Source: Planctomycetota bacterium (GTDB taxonomy: Bacteria > Planctomycetota > SZUA-567 > H5-PLA8). From it: a DNA stretch of 64,000 bases. The stretch is from assembly GCA_038227875.1 (NCBI GenBank), contig JBBRPR010000018.1, forward strand, positions 82,106-146,105, written 5' to 3'. The position numbers and the translations under genes are program-made. The notes beneath the pieces are model-generated. The model did no database searches and had not been told where the DNA came from. It worked only from the letters and a program-made list of their open reading frames with translations. Shown piece by piece: positions 38,818-48,750 of the stretch. The stretch's first letter is position 1. Every line of letters begins with the position of its first letter.

Positions 38818-39184
38818 AATTTGCGCGCCGCCGCGCGCGGTCCTTCTGTTTGCGAATCCGATCGCGCTCCTTCAGCCGCTCGCTGGTTTCCGGCGAGATG
38901 CGGACTTCGACTTCGTCGACGAGTTCCCGAAGTGCCAGGAAACGATTGAGCGATCGCGAACGTTCGCGGGTCCATTTTACGGTGATCAGTTCGGGCGTGG
39001 CACCCGGCAGGGTGTAGCGCAGCAGCACGCCGCTGCTGGTCTTGTTCACTTTCTGCCCGCCGGGTCCCCCGCCCTTCACGGCCTGCTCGTCGACGGTGTT
39101 CATGTCGATACGCAAGCGGACGATACGTGCGCGAAGGTCGTCGAGCTTCGCGGGAGTGACGGGGGCGTCGGCGGGGAATTTCAT
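38816..39184 (-). CDS. Small peptidyl-tRNA hydrolase/release-factor-like ribosome rescue protein (ArfB-like)
   Basis: GGPGGQKVNKTSS, ERSRSLNR and a basic C-terminal tail; 122 aa, no codon-recognition domain. Confidence 0.88.
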   Translation of the reverse strand: MKFPADAPVTPAKLDDLRARIVRLRIDMNTVDEQAVKGGGPGGQKVNKTSSGVLLRYTLPGATPELITVKWTRERSRSLNRFLALRELVDEVEVRISPETSERLKERDRIRKQKDRARRRAN

Positions 39185-39257
39185 GGCGTAATATGCTACG
39201 CGCTTGCAAATTTTCGAACACTGTATAAGCACAGTCGGCAGAAACGAACAAGGGATT

Positions 39258-39327
39258 TGCAGGCGGGACGCCTGCACCACAATTGCAACTGGTCGGCGCA
39301 AGTTGTGGAGCAGGCGTCCCGCCTGCA
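39258..39327. repeat. Inverted pair of GTGG-type REP-like palindromes
   Basis: TGCAGGCGGGACGCCTGCACCACAA ... TTGTGGAGCAGGCGTCCCGCCTGCA (24/25 inverted match). Confidence 0.8.
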
Positions 39328-39353
39328 TCCGTGCATAGGAGCAATCTTCAACT

Positions 39354-39950
39354 TTGGAAACACCCGATACAGAACGCGACGTGGTCGAGATCAGCGCCGA
39401 GGATGCTGTCGCGAGCGGACTGCCGCCGGTGCGCATCGCCGTCGATATCACCGGCACCGATGTCATTCCCGACGTGCTCGGCGCACCGGAAGAGTACCTC
39501 TTTCTGGCCGGGCCGGCCGAGAGCGCGCTGTTCCTGACCGTGCTGCCGTTGCCGGAGACTACGGCCGACAACGCCGCCTTCCGCGCGCTGGTCCAGCACT
39601 GCCACGGAGAAGACGCCACGTTCAAAATCGGCGAGCAGGGATTTCTCTTCCTGCGCGGCTTCGATTGTCCGGCGCTGGTCTACTTCGGCACGCAGAACGG
39701 AGTTCCCGTCGCGTGCGGCGCGATCGCGATTCCCTCGCCCGACACCGCCGAATCGCCGGGACTGCTGATTCTCTTTGGTGACAAAGGCGCGCCAGCTTCG
39801 GCGACGCTCGCCAGTCTGCGCCAGTCGGCACCGTTCAATCAACTGCTCGATGGGTTTGAGTGGGACTTCGACGTGGACGAGGAACGCGAAGTAAGCATCG
39901 ATGATTCGGATTATGACGAACACGAGGCCGACTCTCCAACAGCCAGCTAG
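39354..39950 (+). CDS. Hypothetical protein with acidic C-terminus
   Basis: TTG start with SD aggag; genome-typical codon use; no recognised motif. Confidence 0.65.
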   Translation: METPDTERDVVEISAEDAVASGLPPVRIAVDITGTDVIPDVLGAPEEYLFLAGPAESALFLTVLPLPETTADNAAFRALVQHCHGEDATFKIGEQGFLFLRGFDCPALVYFGTQNGVPVACGAIAIPSPDTAESPGLLILFGDKGAPASATLASLRQSAPFNQLLDGFEWDFDVDEEREVSIDDSDYDEHEADSPTAS

Positions 39951-40051
39951 CGCACGTGCAGCACTCGCGCAACAGATTACGCATGTGCAAATTTGCGGAA
40001 GTTACTTCCGATGTGGGATAATCAATACGTCCCTTCCGGAGGATCCTTCCG

Positions 40052-40669
40052 ATGCCTCGTGTCGCCACAATTTTACTGATCGCTTTCCTCGCCCCTTTCT
40101 TCGCCTATGCCGAAGATGGTGACGCTCTGCCGCACCGCAACAGCCGCGTGGAGTACCTCACCGAGAAACCCGACAAGGACACCAAGCCCGCCACCGAGAT
40201 CGCACCGCCCGGCGACGTTCGCAAACGGCCGCTCAAGCAGATCATCGACTACCTTTCCTACAATTCCGGTATGAACATCACGCTGAAAACCGAAGCGCTC
40301 AACCGGATGGTCGTCGAAGTCGACTTGAGCAGCGACCCGAAGCATCCGAAGACCTGGCGCGATCAGCTCGAAGCCGTCTGCCAGAAGTACAAGCTGCGTA
40401 TTGACGATTCCCATTTCAAAGAGCGCGTCGTCATCGTTTACAAACCCGAGACAATCACGTTCGACTACAAGGACGCCGATATCCGCCAGGTGGTGATGAC
40501 CATCGCCGAAGTCGGCAAGCTCAACGTCGTCATCGATCCGGAAGTCCAGGGCAAGGTCACGGCCTCGCTCAAAGACGTCCCCTGCGAAGACGCCCTCGAC
40601 GTCGTCGTCAAATCGCTAGGCTACGTGATCGTCAGCGAAAAAGGCGCGCTGCGGATGATGAAGCAATAA
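40052..40669 (+). CDS. Exported protein made of secretin N-terminal (STN/N0-like) domains, without a barrel
   Basis: Signal peptide (AYA); ITFDYKDADIRQVV...NVVIDPEVQGKVTASLKDVPCEDALDVV resembles PilQ N0. Confidence 0.8.
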   Translation: MPRVATILLIAFLAPFFAYAEDGDALPHRNSRVEYLTEKPDKDTKPATEIAPPGDVRKRPLKQIIDYLSYNSGMNITLKTEALNRMVVEVDLSSDPKHPKTWRDQLEAVCQKYKLRIDDSHFKERVVIVYKPETITFDYKDADIRQVVMTIAEVGKLNVVIDPEVQGKVTASLKDVPCEDALDVVVKSLGYVIVSEKGALRMMKQ

Positions 40670-40696
40670 CGGCGAGGACTGAGGACTGAGCAACAA

Positions 40697-40722
40697 AAAC
40701 TCCCCGCTTACGCGGGGAGCTT
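40697..40722. terminator. Hairpin, repeat family C copy 3
   Basis: AAACTCCCCGC-ttac-GCGGGGAGCTT. Confidence 0.7.
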
Positions 40723-40837
40723 ATGTTTTGGACCTGGCGCAAATTTGTCCCAGAGTGACTGATTCTAACCAGCGCGTAAATTTTCACACGCCGAGCCACT
40801 GAGCGAAGCGACGCGCCGTAACCTTAGTCCTCACGCC

Positions 40838-42019
40838 TCAGTCCTTCCGTTCGACGTCCAAGATCGCCTTCGACAACGCTTCCACAAAGAAATACTCGCC
40901 CCACATCACCGATTCATCCACGCCCAGCTTCTTGTGAATATGGTAAACGCCGTGCTTCAAGATGCCTTCGTAGCCAGCTTCGCGACCGAGGTATTTGTCG
41001 GTAGTCAGCGACTTCATGATGCGGTGGAAGTAGTCGCGGTAGAGCTTCCTCTTTTCGTACGATGGCGAGATCAGCGACAGATCGTACAGACCCGACGCGG
41101 CGATCGCGGCGGCGGAGCTGTCTTCAAGATTGCGGGACTCCACGGGCAGCGCGTCGTAATCCCACGGTGGCACGCCGCTTTCCGGCGTGTGCTGGATGTA
41201 GTAGCGCGCGCACAGTTCGCTGGCGTCCAGGTACGCGCTGTCGCCAGTGAATCCGTAGGACGTGCAGAAACCGTAGAGCGCCCACGCCAAGCCGCGCGAC
41301 CAGCACGAATCGCCACGGAAGCCCTGATGCGTCGTCTGCTTCTGGCATTCGCCCGTTTCGAGATTGAACATCGCTTCGTGCGAGGTCGAACCGTCGCCGC
41401 GGATCAGCGTGCGGATCGAGGTATGACAATGCGCGTTGGCCACGCGCAACAGTTCCTTCGCCTCTTTCAGCTTCCCGCGCTGCTTCTGCTTCTCGGCGGC
41501 GTAGAAGATGATGCCGACGTTCATCATGATGTCGACGAACAGCGATGCGTCTTCCACGAAACTGCGCAAGTACTGGCCCTTCTCTTTGAAGCGCAGACTC
41601 ATCGTCGTGCCGGCCTGGATTAGCACGTCGTCGATGCCCTTCGCGTCGCCGGGTACCGTCGCGAGCGGGTTGGCGTCGGCCGTTTCCGTCAGCATATTCA
41701 GCCAGCGGCGGTAGGTGCTGAAGAAAATGAAGCCCAGATCATGCACCGCGCGGTCGTGCTGGCGGGGTTCCAGCGGCTTGGAATAGCGGATCGCGTTGCT
41801 CACCCAGTACTGATCGTGCGTGTGCTTGTAAAAGATCCACATCTGGCCGCCGAGGAATCCGTCGCACCAATGGGTCCACTTCTCGCCATCGTGCTTCCAT
41901 TTCCCCTTCACGGTATACATGGGATAGAAGTCGGGATGCTGCTCGATCAGATGGCGCACCTGCTTCTGCGAAAAGTCGAACGCCGACTGCAACTGACTCT
42001 TGTAGTCATTCAATGACAT
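40838..42019 (-). CDS. Glycoside hydrolase family 88 (unsaturated glucuronyl hydrolase)
   Basis: WCDGF, HDLGF, VDIMMN, THQG...[26 protein letters not shown]. Confidence 0.93.
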   Translation of the reverse strand: MSLNDYKSQLQSAFDFSQKQVRHLIEQHPDFYPMYTVKGKWKHDGEKWTHWCDGFLGGQMWIFYKHTHDQYWVSNAIRYSKPLEPRQHDRAVHDLGFIFFSTYRRWLNMLTETADANPLATVPGDAKGIDDVLIQAGTTMSLRFKEKGQYLRSFVEDASLFVDIMMNVGIIFYAAEKQKQRGKLKEAKELLRVANAHCHTSIRTLIRGDGSTSHEAMFNLETGECQKQTTHQGFRGDSCWSRGLAWALYGFCTSYGFTGDSAYLDASELCARYYIQHTPESGVPPWDYDALPVESRNLEDSSAAAIAASGLYDLSLISPSYEKRKLYRDYFHRIMKSLTTDKYLGREAGYEGILKHGVYHIHKKLGVDESVMWGEYFFVEALSKAILDVERKD

Positions 42020-42034
42020 CGCGTGCTCCTCAAA

Positions 42035-42151
42035 CGTGGTTCGGGCGTCCCACCCGGTCCGTCTTGAAAGTGTTGCTTACTTTTCCCGGCACTGCGTCTC
42101 TTGCAAGAGTGACCTTGTCCCTCGCGGTCCGGGCAGGATGCCCGGACCACG
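42035..42151. repeat. REPIN-like element family A, copy 1
   Basis: GTGGTTCGGGCGTCCCACCCGG ... CCGGGCAGGATGCCCGGACCAC; similar to 61892-62008 including the spacer. Confidence 0.8.
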
Positions 42152-42153
42152 GT

Positions 42154-43956
42154 TCACTCCGCCGGCTCCACCGCGTTGGCCGAAATCCGTTGCCATTCCG
42201 CGTCGTCGAGCTTCGGGATGACCACCATGTCCTCACCGGCCGGCGGCAGATACGACGTCAACTTCAGCGCCGTCAGACGCTCCCGGTCGCCTACCAGCAC
42301 CCGCGGGCCGGGCGTCTTCCCTGCCGCCAGTTCGGCGCGCAGCGTCGACAGCGGCTCGATCGGCCGCTCCAGGTAAAACACCAGTGTCGCGACCGACTCT
42401 CCGCGCACCGCCGAATACACCGTGACTTTCGAATCCAGCGCCGCCAGTTGCGCGCGAATCTTCCCGGCCTCGTGTTCGAGCGGATATTCGCGCTGCTTGC
42501 TGGTCCAATGAAAGGTCCAGACCATCAACGCGCCAAATCCCACCACACCCAGCACCGCCGACGCTTGAATATTCCTGCCTTCCGCCCACTGCCGTGCGCA
42601 GAACGCGAATGCGACGATCACCGCGACGCCGATCGGAATCAGACTCCACCCCAGGAGGTCGTTGACCTTGATGATCAGGTCAGAGAGATGGTCGGCACGT
42701 CCCGTGGCCACTCCTTTAAGCAGGGGAATGGCGATCACCAACAATCCCAGCACGATGCCAAACACCAGCTGCGTCCACGCCAGCTTTTCTTCCGGTTCGC
42801 CGCCGGAGAACTTGAAGCGGCTGAGCATCAAGCCGGATGCCAGCGCCACGATTGGTAACAGCGGCAACAAGTAATACTCCTGGCCGCCCCGTGGAATCAT
42901 CAGGCCGATGAATCCCAGCACCGACCCGAGCGCGAAAAAACGCAGGTGTTCGTTGAGCACTTGATGCGGGTTGGGTTCGCCGGCTGGAAGTGGAATGCGT
43001 TTTTTCAGCAGGAAAATCGGCCACGCGAACAGCAACACCGGCGTCCACGGCAACAGACCGCCGGCCAACTTGTAAAAGTAGAAGCCCATGTCGTGATCGT
43101 GCGAGCTCTTCGTCACAATGTCGCCGGCTCTGCCGGTCATGTAGCTCAGCGTTCCTGGATGCTGGGCTTCCACCAGGTAGAACCACGGGCCGGCCAGGCA
43201 GACCGCGACGACCAGGCCCATCGCGAACAGCAGCACCTTGCGCGCATTGAACGCGCGTCGCAAGCCGATTTCAATCAGCAGCGGCCCGGCCAGAAACGCG
43301 GGAGCCAAATGCCCCTTGGTCAGCACCGCCAGCCCCATCGCCACGCCAAACCCAAACGCCGCGAAGACGCCGGCGTGCGGCACGCACAGGATCCACGCCG
43401 CCGCGCAGAACATGGCGCCGGTCGCGGCCGTCAACGTGGTATCGCCGTAGCCCAGATGTGAGTAATGGCAGACGAAGATCGAAAATCCGAAAATAATTCC
43501 AGACATTACGCCCGCGGCACGTCCTCCAATCGTGCTGCCGTACAAAACGATCAGAAAAACGGTGAACGCCGAAAGCAATGCCGACGGCAGTTGCACCGCG
43601 CGCGTCATCACCTTTTCGGAACGGTCGTCGCTGCCGCCGATGATCCGCGCGGTCAGCGCAGTCAACCAGTACGGCAACGGGGGTTTGGTCAGCCGCGGTA
43701 CGCCGCCGACGGTGGGCACCACATAATTACTACTTTGTAACATTTCTCGCGCGACTTCAGCGATGCGGGTTTCCGGTGTTTCGAACAATGGGCGATACAA
43801 AATTGCGGGAACGATGTAGAGCGCGAGCGCCAACGCACTTATGGAGGCGGCGAGCAACACGTCCGCGCGCCACTGCGCGGCATTTCGCGGCGGAATACCG
43901 ATCACCGGCATCTGGCGCGTCTCTGTATCCGCTTCGTCAGCCACAAGTTCCCTCAA
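42154..43956 (-). CDS. ArnT-like GT-C glycosyltransferase (PMT_2/GT83-like)
   Basis: ETRIAEVAREML, KPPLPYWL, LTKG, GLLPWTP, YYLLPLLP; many TMs; start uncertain. Confidence 0.9.
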   Translation of the reverse strand: MRELVADEADTETRQMPVIGIPPRNAAQWRADVLLAASISALALALYIVPAILYRPLFETPETRIAEVAREMLQSSNYVVPTVGGVPRLTKPPLPYWLTALTARIIGGSDDRSEKVMTRAVQLPSALLSAFTVFLIVLYGSTIGGRAAGVMSGIIFGFSIFVCHYSHLGYGDTTLTAATGAMFCAAAWILCVPHAGVFAAFGFGVAMGLAVLTKGHLAPAFLAGPLLIEIGLRRAFNARKVLLFAMGLVVAVCLAGPWFYLVEAQHPGTLSYMTGRAGDIVTKSSHDHDMGFYFYKLAGGLLPWTPVLLFAWPIFLLKKRIPLPAGEPNPHQVLNEHLRFFALGSVLGFIGLMIPRGGQEYYLLPLLPIVALASGLMLSRFKFSGGEPEEKLAWTQLVFGIVLGLLVIAIPLLKGVATGRADHLSDLIIKVNDLLGWSLIPIGVAVIVAFAFCARQWAEGRNIQASAVLGVVGFGALMVWTFHWTSKQREYPLEHEAGKIRAQLAALDSKVTVYSAVRGESVATLVFYLERPIEPLSTLRAELAAGKTPGPRVLVGDRERLTALKLTSYLPPAGEDMVVIPKLDDAEWQRISANAVEPAE

Positions 43957-44037
43957 AAGAATTAGATCGGCGTAAGATAAAAGGTAAGATGTGCCATGGC
44001 TAGGGAAGCTTTCACTTTTTGTTGAGGTTATAAAATT

Positions 44038-45867
44038 TTGGTTTCCGCAACTGAGTCCGCACGTACAACCTCAGCCTCTGAAAATTACGGACCACCCTGG
44101 AGCACCCATTTTCTTCGCGCCTTCGCCTGGTCCTTTGCCGCGCTGGTGTTGTACTCGATCTCCGTCGCCATCAACCGACCCCTTTATGAAACGCAGGAAG
44201 CCCGCATCGGCGTCGTCGCCCGGGAAATGATCGAACGCCAGAATTTCCTCGAACCCACGCTTGCCAACGTTCAGCGCCTGAACAAACCGCCTCTGCCCTA
44301 CTGGCTGACCGTACTGACCGCGCGCATGATCTCCTCCGACGCCGTCCCCAATGAACGCACGCTCACCTGCGCCGTCCTGATTCCGCAGGCCGTCTGTGGC
44401 GCGCTGGCCGTTTTTGTCGTGATGTTCTTCGGCAGCATCGCGTTTGGTCCCTCCGGCGGCACGTTTGCCGGATTGATCCTCGGCTTCTCGATGATGCCGG
44501 CCCGTTTCGCGCAGCTGGGCTATCCCGACACCGCCTTGATGCTGGGCTGCGCCGGAACGATCTGCGCCGCCGCGTGGATCGCCTGTTCGCCGCGACCTGG
44601 ATTTTTCTCCGCCGTGTTCCTGGGCGTGAGCATGGCGTGGGCGATGATGATCAAGGAACCGATTCTCGCCCTCGTCCTCCCCGCCCCGCTGGCCGTCGAA
44701 ATGTTCTTCGGCCTTAAGAACAAGCGCTACAACGTCCGCAAAGTAATCCTCTTCGCCATCGGCTTCGTCATCGCCGCCGCGCTGGTCGCGCCGTGGTTTT
44801 ACCTCGTCGCCCAGAACATCCCTCACGGCTGGGATACGCTTGTGGCCGAACGCCAGTACATCTGGGTCAAGGGGCACGCTCACAAAAATTTCTTCTACTA
44901 TTTTCACAAGCTCGCCGCCGGAATGCTGCCGTGGACGCCCTTGATGCTGCTGGCCTTTTTCCTGCGCCGCAAAGGCCCGGAGCTGGCCGCCACGCCCAAT
45001 GCCCTGCCCGCTCCGCAGGCGCAACTCGCGCAGCGCATCTTCCGCTTTGTTTCCTGCGTGGCGGTGCTTGGTTTCTGCGGATTCCTCTCGCGCGCCAAAC
45101 AGCAGGAGTATTACCTGCTGCCGATCGTGCCGGCGATTGCACTGGCCGCCGGTTACGCGATCGGTTGTTGCCGGACTGTGCGCGGCAATCTGGAGGAAGG
45201 CCTGGCTTGGTTTCACATTGCACTGGGTGTCGTGGGCGCCGCCGGTCTCTGCTACATACCCGTGCGCGACCCGGACGGCGCCAACAAGTACCTCTGCTTC
45301 GCCCTGGCCATTCCGTTCCTGATTTTCTGCGTCGGCGCCGCACATTACTGGGCCGCGCGCCGGCTGACCCATGCTGCGTCAATGACCGGCGTGGCCTTCT
45401 TCATCCTTTTCATCCCGCTCGCCCCGCTCACTCGCGCCAAGGGCTTGCGCACGCTGGCGATCAAGGGCACTGACATTCAGAATAAAGGCTCGCTTGAAAT
45501 CGAAGCCCCGCGTCTGCGCACCGAACTCGATGCGCTCAGCACGCCTGGCTCGGAGGTGAAACTCTACGCGTGGGGCAATTCCTTTCCGATGATGAATTTT
45601 CTGCTCGCACGCCCGGTGCTGACGCAGAAGGACCTCTTCGACGCGATCAAAACGCCCAGCGAAGTTCCGCCCAGGCGCGTCGCCATTGTCTCCCCTGAAA
45701 TCCTGAAACAGTCCGGCCTGGAAAAGTACCTCCCGCCGGGAAAAAACCCGCCGATCATCGCGTTGGTCCTTCCGCCCGACGCCGAATTGGCCACGACGCT
45801 GAAAAAGCGCCGCCCCGACAAACGCGAACGCACCGCCAATGAAGGCGACGACGAAGACGACAAGTGA
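44038..45867 (+). CDS. ArnT-like GT-C glycosyltransferase, divergent paralogue
   Basis: EARIGVVAREMI, KPPLPYWL, GMLPWTP, YYLLPIVP; start uncertain. Confidence 0.9.
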   Translation: MVSATESARTTSASENYGPPWSTHFLRAFAWSFAALVLYSISVAINRPLYETQEARIGVVAREMIERQNFLEPTLANVQRLNKPPLPYWLTVLTARMISSDAVPNERTLTCAVLIPQAVCGALAVFVVMFFGSIAFGPSGGTFAGLILGFSMMPARFAQLGYPDTALMLGCAGTICAAAWIACSPRPGFFSAVFLGVSMAWAMMIKEPILALVLPAPLAVEMFFGLKNKRYNVRKVILFAIGFVIAAALVAPWFYLVAQNIPHGWDTLVAERQYIWVKGHAHKNFFYYFHKLAAGMLPWTPLMLLAFFLRRKGPELAATPNALPAPQAQLAQRIFRFVSCVAVLGFCGFLSRAKQQEYYLLPIVPAIALAAGYAIGCCRTVRGNLEEGLAWFHIALGVVGAAGLCYIPVRDPDGANKYLCFALAIPFLIFCVGAAHYWAARRLTHAASMTGVAFFILFIPLAPLTRAKGLRTLAIKGTDIQNKGSLEIEAPRLRTELDALSTPGSEVKLYAWGNSFPMMNFLLARPVLTQKDLFDAIKTPSEVPPRRVAIVSPEILKQSGLEKYLPPGKNPPIIALVLPPDAELATTLKKRRPDKRERTANEGDDEDDK

Positions 45868-45912
45868 CGGCCATCTGGCCCTCACGCTCAAATCGAAACC
45901 GCGAAAACAAAA

Positions 45913-45948
45913 AAACGCGGGACGCCCGCACGTTGGCGTCCCGCGTTT
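45913..45948. terminator. Bidirectional terminator
   Basis: AAACGCGGGACGCC/GGCGTCCCGCGTTT stem with an A-tract on the left. Confidence 0.8.
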
Positions 45949-45967
45949 AGGCCCCTCGCGTGCTACC

Positions 45968-46717
45968 TTACTTTCGGACGGGTGCTGACGTCAGAAGCAG
46001 TGTAGAGCTGGCGGCGACCGGCGCAGTTGCGGTCGCTACCTTCGGGGTTGAAGCTACCGTGGCCTTGGCCGTGGCATCCGCCAGCCGGGTGACTTCCGTC
46101 ATCAGGCGGCGGGCCACGGTTTCATCGGGTTCAACTTCGTCGGGTTCAATGTGAAGGATGCGCCCCTTGGCGTCGCAGAGCAGCACCATGGTTTCGTCGT
46201 TCATCATATTGAACGCGCGCCGCACGTCGCCGCTTTCGTCGATCAGCACGACTGTGTCGCCACCGGGCTTGTAGCAGGCGCGCATCATGCCGCGGGCTTT
46301 TTCCTTGTACATCGTCTGCTGGCTCATGTCCTCAATCAGCACCCGCTGCGGCGCACCGTGTTCGGGCCAGTGATGCCGGCTGACTAATTTTTCCCAGCGC
46401 TTCTGCCGCTCGTACTGAGTCAGCGTGGGCACCGTGATCATCACCAGCATGCCCGTGTCCTTAAAGAGCGCCTCGCTGGAGTAGTCTTTGCCCAGCGGAT
46501 CTTTGAGCGTGAATTCCGGCGCGTAACCAAACGGCGTGGCGGCCGCACGCGATGACACAGGCGTTGCCGGCGGCGCTTCAAACGTCGCCGCGCGTTTCGG
46601 CTCGAGGCGCCGCTCCACGTTCGTTTCCGGTTTCTCCGCCGCCATCACTTTCGCCAGGCATAGCAGCAACACCGCGAACAGAACCGTGACGGGCCAGGCA
46701 TCGTTGCTGCGATTCAT
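45968..46717 (-). CDS. Exported redoxin/AhpC-TSA-fold-like protein lacking CxxC
   Basis: Signal peptide; APEFTLKDPLGK, VLIDESGDVRRAF, LLCDAKGRI; SD ggagg. Confidence 0.65.
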   Translation of the reverse strand: MNRSNDAWPVTVLFAVLLLCLAKVMAAEKPETNVERRLEPKRAATFEAPPATPVSSRAAATPFGYAPEFTLKDPLGKDYSSEALFKDTGMLVMITVPTLTQYERQKRWEKLVSRHHWPEHGAPQRVLIEDMSQQTMYKEKARGMMRACYKPGGDTVVLIDESGDVRRAFNMMNDETMVLLCDAKGRILHIEPDEVEPDETVARRLMTEVTRLADATAKATVASTPKVATATAPVAASSTLLLTSAPVRK

Positions 46718-46967
46718 GGCTGTGCCTCCAAGTTGGAGCCGCTGATATTGGATTGCGTAACCGGCAGGACTGCCGTGAGATGGTGCATAACGATTTTGAT
46801 GCCAAGTGCGCAATGCGCATTGCTCGCGTCATAACCTTCATACTGAGAGGACTTAAGGAAAATATAGCCGGATTATCGCGCCAGAATTGTCGCGAAAAGT
46901 GCCACCGATTTTCGGACGTTTACCGATTTCCAGACGGGGCAGGCCGCTCAATGGAAAATGTCTTTCG

Positions 46968-48695
46968 CTACGGCGCCAATTCTCCCCGCACCCGTTCTGC
47001 CTGTCGATCAATCTCCAGCTCACTGGCGCCAACTTCCTGCAACAGGAACCGGGCCAGCGAGACAGCGACTTCTGCTTCTTCGTACGCGACCGACGACGCG
47101 CCGGCTTCTTCCAGCATCGGGCGTTCGCCGAGGTACCGCGCGCGCGTGAGCACTTGGATTGCAGGGTTGAGCAACTTGGCCGTGGCGATCACTGGAAAGC
47201 GGCCCGTGAGATCCGGCAGGGTCACGAGCAGGTACTTGGCGTGTGCGACGCCCGCGGCTTCGAGAATATCGCGCCGGCCAGCGTCGCCGTAAATCGCGCT
47301 GAGTCCCGCCGCGTTGATCTTCTTCACCGTGTCGATGTTCAAGTCGATGATCGTCGGGCGGATTTTGAAGTCGGAGAGAATGCGCGTCAGCGTCCGTCCC
47401 ACCGGGCCGTAACCGACGACGATGGCGCGGATTTCCTCAGGGTCGGTCTGAACGTCAGCGGGCTGCACGGCTTTCGACTTGCGGTTGAAGAAGCGCCACA
47501 GCCCCGGGATTTTCTTCAGCGCGGCTTCCAGCGGCGTCAAGCTGCGGAAGAGCGGCGGGTTGAGCGTAATGGAAATCAGCGCCGCGGCGATCAACACGCT
47601 GTGTCCGGAATCCGGCAGCAGCTTTAAACTCTTCCCCATGTCGGCGAGGATGAACGAAAACTCGCCGATCTGCGCCAGCCCGATCGCCACCGTCAGCGCC
47701 GTGCGCAGCGAATGCCCCAGCAGAATCACGATCGCCAGCGCCACCAGCGGCTTGCCGATCAGAATCACCGACAGCACCGCCGCCACCAGCGCGGGCTGTT
47801 CGATCAGAATGTGCGGATCAAAAAGCATTCCGACGGAAACAAAAAAGAGCACCGCGAAGGCATCGCGCAGCGGCAGCGCATCGGCCGCGGCTTGATGATG
47901 GACATCGGCCTGCCCCACAACCATCCCCGCCAGAAACGCACCCAGCGCCATCGACGCGCCAAAGATCAGCGCCGAACCCGTGGCAATGCCCAGCGCCACA
48001 ACCAGCACCGTCAGCGTAAACAGTTCGCGCGACCGCATCCGCGCGACCCACGTCAGCAGCGCGGGAATCAGCCGGCCGCCAGCCACCAGCACCAGCGCGA
48101 TCAGCGCCGCCAGTCGCGCCACCGCGAAGAGCAGCGACAACGCCATGCCGCCGGTGTTCGCGCTTTCGCCGTTCAGCGCCTGCGTGATCGTCGGCAGCAG
48201 CACGAGCACCAGCACGGTGAAAAGGTCTTCGACGATCAGCCAGCCCACCGCGATGTGACCGTGGACGGTGTTGAGCAGATCGTTGTCCGCCAGCATGCGC
48301 ATCAGCACGACGGTACTGGCGATGGATACGGCAAGTCCCAGCACAATTCCGCCAGAGAGCGTCCACCCGAACTTCACTGCGACGAACGCGCCGAGCGCCG
48401 TCGCCGCCAGCACCTGGCCGAGTGCGCCAGGCAGCGCGACGGCTTTCACCGCCAGCAGATCCTTGAGTTTGAAATGCAAGCCGACGCCGAACATCAACAG
48501 CACGACGCCAAATTCCGCCAGCTGTGGAACGAGATGCGGATCACCCACAAATCCCGGCGTATGCGGCCCCACCACGATGCCCGCGATGAGGTAACCCAGG
48601 ATGGGCGACAACCGCAACCGCTCCGTGATCAGCCCAAAGACCCACGCCACCGTGAGTCCCGCCGTCAACGTCAAGATCAGCCCCATGTCGTGCAT
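46968..48695 (-). CDS. CPA2 monovalent cation:proton antiporter with TrkA-N domain (YbaL/RosB/Kef-like)
   Basis: LMFGVGLHF, GWLIVEDL, LAQIGEFSFIL, VVGYGPVG, IYGDA. Confidence 0.93.
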   Translation of the reverse strand: MHDMGLILTLTAGLTVAWVFGLITERLRLSPILGYLIAGIVVGPHTPGFVGDPHLVPQLAEFGVVLLMFGVGLHFKLKDLLAVKAVALPGALGQVLAATALGAFVAVKFGWTLSGGIVLGLAVSIASTVVLMRMLADNDLLNTVHGHIAVGWLIVEDLFTVLVLVLLPTITQALNGESANTGGMALSLLFAVARLAALIALVLVAGGRLIPALLTWVARMRSRELFTLTVLVVALGIATGSALIFGASMALGAFLAGMVVGQADVHHQAAADALPLRDAFAVLFFVSVGMLFDPHILIEQPALVAAVLSVILIGKPLVALAIVILLGHSLRTALTVAIGLAQIGEFSFILADMGKSLKLLPDSGHSVLIAAALISITLNPPLFRSLTPLEAALKKIPGLWRFFNRKSKAVQPADVQTDPEEIRAIVVGYGPVGRTLTRILSDFKIRPTIIDLNIDTVKKINAAGLSAIYGDAGRRDILEAAGVAHAKYLLVTLPDLTGRFPVIATAKLLNPAIQVLTRARYLGERPMLEEAGASSVAYEEAEVAVSLARFLLQEVGASELEIDRQAERVRGELAP

Positions 48696-48750
48696 GGAGG
48701 CGTGATAACCGGAGCGCTAAAGAGGGCAAGGCGAGGACGGACTTGGAACG

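Noticed and set aside
38775..39344. 189-aa ORF, and the 269-aa extended version of the GGQ ORF
   Set aside because: The first is an off-frame shadow; the extension crosses a REP pair and overlaps the + strand gene, so the start was set at 39184.
46785..46810. Possible sigma-54 promoter (minus strand TGGCATCAAAATCGT)
   Set aside because: The -12 position reads GT instead of the conserved GC.
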